Assembly (NCBI RefSeq): GCF_037042905.1
Contig: NC_087263.1
Location: 11,534,001 to 11,598,000, forward strand
Reading direction: 5' to 3'
Length of the DNA: 64,000 bases
Source of the DNA: Lytechinus pictus
Taxonomy: Eukaryota
The translations under genes and the position numbers were made by a program. The notes under the pieces are model-generated. The model had not been told where the DNA came from and searched no databases. It saw nothing but the letters and a program-made list of their open reading frames with translations. Of the stretch, positions 40,801 to 52,800 are shown piece by piece (the first letter of the stretch is position 1; every line of letters starts with the position of its first letter).

Positions 40801-43800
40801 AGACGACGATCTTCGACGTCTTACCAGATTTCTTCTTCCACATGAACTCGGTCGTCAGACAGGCTGCACTGGAGGTAAGACAGTTGACAATATATGCTCC
40901 AGCTAAATCTAAATGTGACCTGATAAGTAGCTTATGTGCTTTCTTAAAAGTCCTTGCCCACATTGACACAATCTGTAATTGAGGATTCTTTTTTTTGACA
41001 GGGTAAATTTTCATGCAGGTCAATAAACTTTGATCCAATATTTTTCTCTCAATAACTGTAATGGACCTCCAGAAGTATTGCTGTCTCAGAAACCGCTCAT
41101 CTAAATACATTAACTTCTATTATTTTTAGCAGAATATATATGCATAATTTTATGATTTTTTTTGCTTTTTTTCCAGGTCTATATAAGACGGGCATACATT
41201 GCCTATGACCTGAACTGCCTTCAACATGCAATGCTCTCCAATGGTCTGTGCCTAGTGGAGTTCCAGTTCATGCTTCCATCTTCCCACCCTAACAGGTAAA
41301 TGGAATAGTCCATAATCATGTATTCTGTATAGAGGTCATGTGATATTTTGCCATTTCCATTCCTGCAAAGGGGGTGTGCAGTATAATTATCTAGGCAAGA
41401 TTGAACTCTTGTCTGGTGTCAAGCTCTTGGTCATGCCTGTGTGTTCCACCCCTGTCATAAATGGAACAGTCCCTAAATGTGTATCTTGAATTAAATGCAC
41501 ATGATCATGCTACTTGGTTCATTTCTGAAAGGTGTCCATCATCCATCATTCGTTGTACATGTACATGGATCATGCAAGATTTGATTTTTAAATGTTATTT
41601 TGTTTGGGCCTTTTGGAGCGTGCAATGGAGTCCTTTGCATGACTTTCTGTTACCTGCATTTTTTTTCAATGAAATTGATTATATGGTAATTTGACGATCA
41701 GTCATATTTTACTCTCATTTATTGCAGGATTGATGTCAAGCATTCATGAAAATAAAATGATTAAATTTTTCAATAGACTGCACATACATGTACATGTATT
41801 TACCCTCAGAAATAACATGCAACAATCAAAGCCATGGGACTCATCCTTGATTTTATACAGATTTATGAAAGAGTTAGCATTTAAAGCAAACACGATAGTG
41901 TTATTTTATAGCTGCTGAAAACATACTTTCTCTTGAATTGCTATTATTCCATTGTTATTTTCAGCTAATAGTATTTTCTTTGATAGTAGTGTGATATTGG
42001 TAAATTCATAGGGATTCTCATACAGATGTATCCATGTACATGTAGATGATCATATAAAAGTCATATTATTAATTTTTCATCAATAACCCAGTTATACTTC
42101 ATATATTATCCAATACTAAATAAAATATTACCCAGGTCTAAACTAAATGTATTTGATGATTGAATAATCAGTTATATTATTCTCTAAACCTATGTATTTT
42201 CTCATATCAGTCTTCTATGGTATCTGTGTGCCATCGTAGTCAGGGATGCAAACCAAAAAAATATTGAAAAAAACATCTCCCTTTAGTTCAGTTATAATTT
42301 CATAACCTTTATTCATCCTTTTCAACATTTATTCAATGCAAAATTGAATACTATACATGTACATGTAGCCGTATACACAGGCTTATGTTTTAACTCATGG
42401 AACGTACATGTAATTAAAAAAAAGGCACTGAAAAGAACAAAGCAGTATACATGTATGGTGCGGTTCATGAATGAAAGGCGTATAACTTAAGCTGGTCATT
42501 ATACATTCATCAAAATTGGCAATGCAATTATTTTTGTTGTTGTAATCACTGTTTGAAATGCGTTTACCCAAACCATAACAACTTCAGCCCAGCATGTATC
42601 CGTGTACCTCTTTGAACTTAGCAATGCATCCCAACTTTACCAATAATCACATTTGTGTTGGCTCAGTTGGTAGAGCGTCCACCTTAGTCGCGTCAGACCA
42701 AAAGACGTTAAAAGATGGGGAGTTGCTGCGACCCTGTTTTGCGTTCAACGATTTAAGGGATAGAGCAATGTCTCTCTGGTGGTACTCAGTGGCTGCTGGG
42801 CCCAAGATCACTCGGGCAAATTGAATTTTCGTATGATTTCTTTTTCTGATTTCTATTTTGAACAATAAAATATGGATTATTGTTAATATTATTAATGTTA
42901 TTATATTATTATGTCTACTCTTTGATTTCCTTCCTAAGGTTCCTTATTACAGACAGGGGCCACAATGTCCCCGGCACTAAGAGTGTCAAAAAGAAAAAGT
43001 CTAATTCCGGCTCCAGGTGAGATACAGAATGTCGTATCAGCCTTTCAAGCCTTCTAATCTCCTTTCGGCACTTTAATCCCTTTTTGCAAGTTTTCTGCAT
43101 GTTGGTGTTCAGTATTCGATGTCACCAAATTTTTGCTTTAATTCTTAATATACATGTATAACTCATTCACAACCTACAATAATCTTTTCTCTTTTTTGTC
43201 GTAATTTTCACTTAGATTTTTCTCTAATTCTTCACAAATTAAGCCACAATTAAACCCTTTTTGTCATAAGTTTTGCTTTGATATTTGTTTCATTTGTGTA
43301 TCTATTTCTCACCCACAGTAACCCTTTTTTGTCATTACTTTGTCATCTTTTCCCAGAAAAGTATGGTGTGACATTGGACTAACTTGCTCTCAAATCGTGA
43401 TGTGAAGCCATTAACTTTATTGTAGTGAATTGTGTCCGTATTTGTCACCGTGAATTTTTTTTATTAACACCATAATATAAAATTAAGTCCAGATTTAAAC
43501 TTTAAGGATGAATGCCTGTTTTTAAATGTTTGAAAATAAATCTGCCATTTATTATAAGAGAATTTCATTTCTCGTTTTTGTCACCCTCACCAAAAATAGC
43601 ATCTTTGTAGGAATTTAGATCAAGCAGTTATGAAAATATCGATAGTAAGTGGGAACCCTAAAATTTGAAGAAAAAAAATCATACTCTCAACCATATTTTA
43701 TTCTCGTTAGCTTAAGTTAAAACCCAAACGTTTAATATTAGAATTCTTGTTGCTGACAAGCATCTGGATGTAAAGTCAATTTTTTTTTTCTACAAAATTT

Positions 43801-46800
43801 GATTAGTAAAGAACCCCTGCAATATTAAAACAGGACAAATTTAGGGTGTCTCATTTGTAATTTAAAAAACAAAAATTTTCTCTTGCCCTCTGTTTTTATT
43901 TCTCTGTTTATATCCTATTGACTGTGTTCCCAAGTTGTTGCAAAATTCTGTCCATGGTCTTTCCGCGTGCTGTGTCTGAACGATCCTAAATTGATTAATG
44001 GTTTCTTGCTGTGCCGTTCACAAAAATTTATAACTCATTTGTCTTCCTCATATTTTCTGTTCAGTTTTTGCCAATATTTATCTAGAATGTCCCTAATTAA
44101 AAATATTTCACTAGTTTTCTCTTTTCAAAGCAACTGCATTCATATAATATTGTCGCTAGGCTGTTAAGAAACTTGTATCTCAAAATTTAAACAATCTTGT
44201 TTACTAATTGGACAACATAGAAATACATGTAGCTGTATTTTTGATATACAGTGTATGAAAATTATGGCAACGTCATATTGTCTGAAAAACAGTCTTAATT
44301 TCTGGAGAGAACTCTTTCAAGGAAAGAGAAGGTTGCTTCACCTACATGTATCCTCATTTTTTGTTTTAATTATGAGATGCAAGGTTTTAACAGGCCAGCA
44401 ACGATATGTTTTGAATTTTCCTATTCTCATTTAACAAATGTTTAGCTTCTTGTGCTATGCATACTTTTTGTACATGTAAATGTATTTTATAAGTGCCATG
44501 CATTTTTTTTTCAAATTCCACAAATTTTCTCTTTCTTGAATGTTATACAAAAAGTCATGTATCTAATCAAATGTATTCCTTTTTACCTTCTACGGTTTAT
44601 TTCCTGTTATTTGGTTAATTTTATTTGTATGTTTGTACCTGCACATATTTTTTATTTCAATCTAAAAATAGAAAAATTAGATTTCTCTTCTGTTTTGTAC
44701 TCTCTTTGGCCCGTATTTTGAACTCAGGTTTAAATTAAACCCTGGTTTAAAGTTGTGGTTTAACTGTGGAGAGCCAATGGGGCACAAATCTCTAACAGTA
44801 CACATTCAATTTATTAACTCATATGACACCCAGATTGTCATAATTGTGTGGGAATGATAACTGATTTTTTTTTCATTATGAAGGCCAAAGGAAACAAAAT
44901 AGTAAACACAAGAAATATACAATATAAACAGATTTTTTTAATTGTTGGCTCTCCATAATTTTAGCACAGAATTAGACCGTGGTCTAAGTTAAAACTGACC
45001 TCAGAATACGGGCCTTTCTCTTTATACTCTCTTTTTCTTTATATGTCTATCTTTAAAATTTCCACTCTCACTTAATACTCTTTATACCTCATTCTTCTTC
45101 CCTTTGGTGTACATGTATCTCTCTTTTCCTCCCTTCTTCCCTTTGTATATATAAATCTGTATATCTTTAATTTTCTTTTCTCATTCTATAATATATGTCA
45201 CTCACTCTCTCATTCCCATTTGTATTATACATTAACATCATTGATTCTTTCTCACTATTCTATTCTCTTTACCTTACTGTTAAGATTTGCTGTTTATGAT
45301 TTGAGAAAGTATTTTTTTCTTTTCTCTTTAAGGTTTAAATGATATTTATTGATTTGATGTATTGTGCTTGAAAATATTAAGTACTTCTTATCTTTTTTAA
45401 TTTTTTTTTATATGCTTTAATGCACAAAGGAGTATAAAATATACTTTTTGATATTGTATCCGATTATGTTGTATCAATTTTGATATACTTGTAGTGTAAA
45501 ATTGGCACAGTCGTCTCTATTTACCAGATGAACCATGAATATATGTTTTGTATTTTTCAGTAGACTAGTTATAAGGACATATTTTCAATATTACAATATT
45601 TTATCATGCAGCACTATTTGAAACGGCAGATGTTGCAGGGAATTATACCGATTTTTCCTGCAACACAAATTTTATAAACTGTAATTGAAGTCCAAGTACA
45701 TGTACATGTAGATATCAAGAGCTGTGTCCATTGCTTGCAATACCAAGAAAAGTTTCCCCAAACTAAATTTTAAATGTATTCCTTGGCTTCCCCCACCCAT
45801 TTCTGCTCCCTGAGGCTCATTGCTTAAAAGTTACTATTATGGTAAATTTGCCATCCAATGGTGACTTTCATGGAATCCTAGATTTTGATGAGCATTGTTT
45901 CCATGGTAGTTACCATTGGATAGCAAAGTTATCATAATAGTAAATTTTATGCAACGGGCCACTGATCCCTATCTACCTTTTCCCCCCTTACCCACCCCCA
46001 GTGCCCCCAGCCCGCCCCTCCCCCATACCCCTCCCATGTCATTGTTATTATCCATCATCGTTTTTGTCTCTTTCCCTTTCTTTTATGGCAGAGGAAAGAA
46101 CAGCCGTGTGTAAGTCACCCGCTGCTAAATGATTGCCACAGAATGAGAATTGCATGCTCCCCCTCTTGTGATATTGCCAAAAGGGCTGTATTTAAAAAAA
46201 AATGCATGCCTAGAGCCCTCTATTGACAGAGTTTGGCCAACTTTGGCAAAGGAATCCATTCCATGTCTTTCTCTGTATGGCTCATTTTCTATTAAAAAGT
46301 GGATATATTGAGAGAGGGGGGATTTGGAAAATGCATATTAATACTTCACTTCACAGACAAGTGTACATGTACATGCACAATGTATATGGTCAATAGGCAA
46401 ATATGATCAATCTTTTTGTACATCCTAACTACTTCACTTAATAAGCTAACCAAGTCATGGTCCTTTGAGAACATTACAGACTTACAAAAGCACAACAAAT
46501 CAGAGACAGAAAATTTCATGAAGGTCCCATATATATAGGGGTCGGACGTACATATCGTATGAAAGTTATGGAATTGCCCAAAGTTATTTTCCAAAAACAA
46601 ATAGGGTAGTATGCTGATAGCCATTGTTTAGTTAAACCTGGCTTAACTTAGACTCACTCTTATGGAGTGCCATTTGTTAACTCGTTTACCTTTTTTTCTT
46701 ATCCAGCTGCAAAGAGTTGTCCAAAAATGAATCGACTCATGAAATGGGAAGAAAAGGAGAATACAAAAATAAAATGAATTTCAATGAATTATTATATTTT

Positions 46801-49800
46801 AATTGCTACCAATATGGAAGAAATACATGTATTATGAAGCCCAGCAATCCACATACACTGTAAGTGGTGTTTAGCATCCTAGATTAGACTAGGGTTAACT
46901 TAAACCTAGGTTTAATTATCAGAACACTACCCAATGAGGACACTATTTTTATATGCTCCCTACAAAAAAAAGATCTGACCAATCAGAGATGTTTTCCATC
47001 GACATCACTCTCTCAATATACTACTCATGTTCTGCCCCCCAAGCAATCATCTTAGAGGAGAAGTTCTTGATACATGTAGTTCTGTGGTTGTGCATGTCTG
47101 TACACTAAAATGCTATCAAAGCCTTGGAAATTTGAGCAGCTTGTCTTGTCTTTATCTTTTCTTTGCTTATTTTCTTTTAGAGTGAATATGCGTACATGTA
47201 GAGTATTCAATTTAATATTTCTACAATGCACACCAGTGTATACATGTATATAGTTTTCTGACAATGTCATTTGTCACTTGGACAGCAGTATACTGTATCA
47301 TGCTTAACCTCTCCCCCAAAAAGCCATTAACAATACACATGTGTGGGGAGTGTTTCACAACGGTTAATTAAAGTGGGACTAAACGTCATGCCGAATGTGC
47401 ATGTGATATTTTAATATATCATTGATAACTGTGTAGAAGAGCGCATCCCATGTGCATGTTGTTAGTAATGCGGAGATGTGTAAATTTCCAAATGCAGGTA
47501 CAATATGCAACTTTCTCATTTTACATCGGATTTTATTTTGATGAAATTCTCACCGTTATACTTGTTTGGTTTTTCTCTATTGATTCAAATAAACATTTTC
47601 CTGGGGTGAAATTGACCTTTAAGTTTATGAAACATCCATCATGTCTTTTATACATTACCAATTTGAAAGGATAATTGCAAAATATGACAATTGTCTATAA
47701 AATGAAAAAAAGGGATTTCATGGTTGATAGATTAACACTGCATATTGTATGGAGACATATATGTATTATGAAAGAATTGTAATGAGTTGTTGAAAAAATG
47801 CAATATACTGCCTTTATGCAAATTTTGAAACGGAATACTTACATTGTAAACTGCCATCAATTGCATTCTGCATGATGAGATGAAGGAAAAAATGATATTT
47901 GTACTTTTACCTTTATAAACTAACTTCTAATCAACACTAACAGTTTTAATATCCAGTGGCGGGGATATGGTATTCTGAATATTTCTGATAGGCTGGGTCG
48001 CAAGGTGACCTAACTCCGACCTTTTTTTTTTACAATTTAATGATGGGAAATATACATGTAGAATTACAGTACATGACACAGACCTTGATTTAGTATTCTT
48101 ATGTACATGTACATGTACCTCTTTCTTTAAAAAAAAATCTTCTCTATTTCTTTTTTGCCATTTGAAGAATCATCGGGGATGGGGAGTTTTCCTTAGAGGT
48201 TAGAATCGCTTCTTGTATTCTAGCACAGGGGAAGTACCATATTAGGGTGGGGGGGGGGTGGGGGGTTGATGGTGGCGCCTCCTATGATTAAGAGTTAGTT
48301 TGAACAAATCTGTAAAATATTAGAGAAACAGAGGGAAGAGGAGGACAGGAAGACCTGGAAAAATAGAAGAAATTTTTCAAAGAGAGAGTTTGATCATAGA
48401 AATGATATGAATACCCCCCTTTTTTTAACTACATCCTCTTTCACTCTCCCCCCTCCCTCTTATTAAATACCCTGATACTGCCCCTCCCCTACATTCTATT
48501 AGTATCTAATGTAAGTTTCAATTGTGACTTTTCTTCTGGTATGAGTAAGAGATGCTTTAGCACTACAACAGCAATTAGTACCTCTAAATATTCTTTGCCC
48601 CTTTCTGTTTGTTTACACTAGGGTTTTATGCGAAAGTGGTTGAGCCAAGATGAAAATCTTGAGCAAATGGTCATGTAGAAATGCAAGTTTAGCATGGCAA
48701 TTGCAGTGAGCAAGCAATGAAAGCATGCTGGGTTAAGAAAATAGCATTTAAAGGGGAATCCAACCCAAATAAAAATTTGTTTTTATAAGGAAAAGAAAAA
48801 TCAGACAAGTTGATAGGTGAAAGTTTGAACAGTATTGGACAAACAACAAGAAAGTTATGAATTTTTAAAAGTTGTAAATATTGGTAATCACTATACCCAT
48901 GGAGACTTCAAATTGGCCGCATATGGGATGTCATAGTGATGTAAGGCAAGGACTACTCTTCCATGTTCTCCAATACATGTTATGGCTAAAATGTCATTTT
49001 TCCCAAAAGTTTTATTTCAAATTAATATTTTTCTTTCACAAGGACATAAAACAATATACTACATGTACCTGGGTTATATTTAGATTACTGCCCCAGGGGA
49101 ATGGGTACTTAGGAGAAAACCACTAATCCCTGATAATAAAGTACATGGCCTATGGGAAAGTTGTCCTTGCCCCTTGTCATGATTTACTTATCCAGTTGCC
49201 AATTTGAAATCTACATAGTATTAGTGATCGCAATTTTAAAGCAGCTATAACTTTCTTATTGCTTGTCCGATTTCTTTCAAACTTTCACCATTCTGTCTAA
49301 TTTATTTTTCTCCTTCCCAACACAACATTTAATGGCCAAGGCTGGATTCCCCTTTAAGCCTGTTGAAGAAAAGTTAGACAAGTATTAATGTTATCTTTGC
49401 CGTCCAATGGTAATTACCATGTGGTAACATGCTGACCAGGTCCCTGTCGTACAAAGAGTTGCGATTGATCTGATCAACCACAACTATGGATGGCCAGCGA
49501 CATCAATATCTGAAATGCAAATTCGTTCAAAATTTTTCTAGATATGATGTAAATTCATACATTCATCGTTCTCTTGAAGATTCAGTGCAATTCTCTTTGT
49601 TTTATAGTAAGGAGATTGTGCAAATTTTCTGTCGAAAATACTATGGGATAGATGGATTTCCATACAGTTAAGATTGATTTGATCATTATTGGATTATAAA
49701 CAGTTTTTTTAATGCAATGGGCCACTGGATGAAAAGAGAAAATCTAACGAGCAATAGATAGTCAAGAGTGAGTTATAGTATCAAGCTAAAAAAAAAAGTA

Positions 49801-52800
49801 GTAGTACATTGTAGTAGTAGCAGTAGCAGCAGCAGCAGTAGCAGCAGCTGTAGTCTGTAGTACATGCAATAGTCGTAGCAGTAGTAGCAGTAGCAGAATA
49901 AGTATTGGTTTATTGATGGTGATTTTTTACCTGATTGCTAAGAAAGCATGAATGCTTGTAAGCAAGCAACCAGAGGACCGACGGCTTAAGGTCCTCTCCG
50001 AAGGACCTGGTACTGTGGTTTAATGCCCTACCAAAGGGCACTAGCGCACCAAGTGGGAATCGAACCCGGGTCACCGGAATACGAATCCCCCGCTCTACCG
50101 ACTGAGTAGTCATAGTAGTAGTACCAGCAGCAGCAGAAGTAGTAGGAGTAAAAGCAGATGTAGAAGTAGCCTTTGATCATTGTCTCCACAGAAGTAGGAG
50201 TGCAATTTGTATTTATAGATTTATAGGATATACATGTACAAGTAATAATGTGCCTAGTAGGTAGAGAAATTCGACTCTTTTCACACTGTTGCCCTACATG
50301 TACATATTGCTTCATATACACCTTAATATTGTCAATTGTGTCATAAAAATACATGTAACATGTACAATACTTCAAAATCATATGACATTGATGGTTCCCT
50401 GTAATCTGAATCGCCGTAAAATGTACATGTAACTCATCAAACCAAAAAAACTGCTTTCCATTTTAAAACACTAACCCCTTCCTGGTACATGCTCTAATTT
50501 ATTTCTTCTGTTATTTATATCTTTTCCAGAAATACATGTATGACAATACAGTATATGTTTAACATGTATAATGGCTATTGTTTATCTCACTACATTGGTT
50601 GTAACAGGTCTGAATTAGAAGAGACTACATGTAAGTCTGCTCATCTAATGCATAGCAATGTACATGTATATGTATGCACCTAGACTAACACTTTCATTTC
50701 AGACTCTGATAACTGAATATGATTTACATGTAGCATGTCTTCTTAATACATTGTTTGTATGTATATAGGATCATCAAATCTCCCAGATCAGATGGCCTTC
50801 CACGAGTGGCTAGTGTCGGTGAGGAGCTAACGGGGGCGTACTTGCCCCCCTGCCAGAGGACAGGCCTCATGTGTGCCTTCTCCAGCATAGGGGACTTTGA
50901 GAAGTAAGTTCAAAGGTCAATGCACCTGCAATGTTCACCTTTCCGACCAGGGCTCCGTAACACAAAGCTTAGCAATGATCGCAGAACGTTTTTCTACGAT
51001 TGATTCCATTGACTACAATGTACAATCAATCGTATAAATCAAGCATACGATTAATTGCTTACCTTTGTGTTATGGTACCCAGGGCTCTGTAACATAAAGC
51101 TTAGCCATTCATCATGGGGCTGATTTCTATGATTGATTGCATTGATTACTATGCATTATCAATTGCTGAGGTTTGTGCTACGGGGCGTAGGGTTCCTTGA
51201 CACAAAGTGTAGAGATCAATTACAAAACATGCAATGGCAAATGTAAATCATTGAGTCACGAGCACTATTTTCAGAACACTGATGAATAACCAATCAGAAT
51301 TAATTGTTTTATATTTGTGATCAATAGCAAATGTTTGTGTAGGTAGGCCCTGGGCGCCATTTAGTGAAGGTTGTCAGCAATATTTCAATTGTCAGACCCG
51401 ACAATTTGAGTGAAATGCTTTATTTCCATTGACTGGGATGAAGTAGCGGAAGTAGTAGTTGCAACAGCAGCAGCAGCTGTAGAAATAATAGTAGTACTTT
51501 AGAAGTACATGTAGTAGTAGTAGTAGCTGTAGCAGCAGTAGTACATGTAATAGTAGTAGTAGCAGTAGTAGTAGTAGTAAAAGTAGGAGTAGTGGCTGTA
51601 GTAGTAGCAGCAGCAGTAGCAGAAGTAGAAGTATCATTAGTAGGAGTAGTAGTAATATTTATTCCTTGGAATTTGTTCCTTGAAATGCCACCGCGCTGTA
51701 AAAGGGCTGCGGGGCTAAAGCCAGGGTAATAATATCCAATTAAGCGCATAGGGATGCATTTGGCAGTGATATGCGCTATATAAGCATGTTGGTACAGTAT
51801 TATCATTATAATTAATAATAATAATAGAAATCAGTGGCCTCATGAAAAATAGTAATAAAAATCTTACTTTTGTCGTTAAGATAGTTTGAATCATTGTCAA
51901 ATCTCTCCTGCCCCACTATACAGATCCTTTGACGAGGTCATCGACCGCTTTGCCGACATGCACCTCAATTTCTCCCACGGTGTGGACGCGGACAACAACC
52001 CGGAGCACAACTGCGAGATCGACGAGCCGATCCACATCGTCAACATCGCTATCCAGTACAAGGAGCTGAAGAGTGATAAGGATCTCGGGGAGATGTTCAT
52101 GGGGTTCTGTAGAGAAAGGGTAGGTTGGACCATCGGTGGTTTTTTATAAGGCATTTTGCGAATTACAATGTATGCATGACTTTACAAACGATTAGTGACC
52201 CTTTATTGTTCTCAATCAGATTTACAGTTTTTTTATATTAGTTCTTTGTATACTAGTATTCAATTAAATTCAATTCAAGTTTATTTCTCTCTACAATTAC
52301 AATAGTAATATGTGCAGTGTATTGTGCTGCATATGCACAAAGCTTTTCTTTACAATCAACCCATCAAAAGTTATTGTGAGTTCATTTGCATAATCCATGC
52401 AAAACCCCCTTTTAGGTTTCACCATTCAAACTAATGTGGCACAGGAGGGATTATGTCCATGGCAGGCAAAGAGTTAACTTGCATTTAAATGCATTCATGG
52501 TTTCCATATAAACTTATTTTACCTGAATAACCTGGAAGCTTGCGAGAGGATTCCTCTTCATACACTGTAGCAGCAAGTGTTGTGTGCAGATTACATGTAG
52601 ATTTCCTTTCCATTCACTAAAGCTTTCTAAAAATGACAGAAAATTCGTCCACACTTCAAAACTTCAGCGAAAAATTGCCAACCTGTTTTTTTTTCTCCCG
52701 CACTCTGCAGAGGCAGAAACTGTTTGACAGGGACATCCGACGTGTCACGTTCGTCATCTTCCAAAGACGGGAGTTTCCCAAGTACTTCACCTACCGAGCA

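Noticed and set aside
48168..48682. Further cassette exons at 48168-48198 and from 48622
   Set aside because: The first is 31 nt (asymmetric). The second has stops in all frames unless a weak GTAGAA donor is used. A paired 84-nt solution exists but is too contrived to support.
50530..50550. 21-nt phase 2-2 segment
   Set aside because: Poor donor (CA|GTATAT) and it contains the intronic TACATGTA motif; it shows the chance background for such calls.
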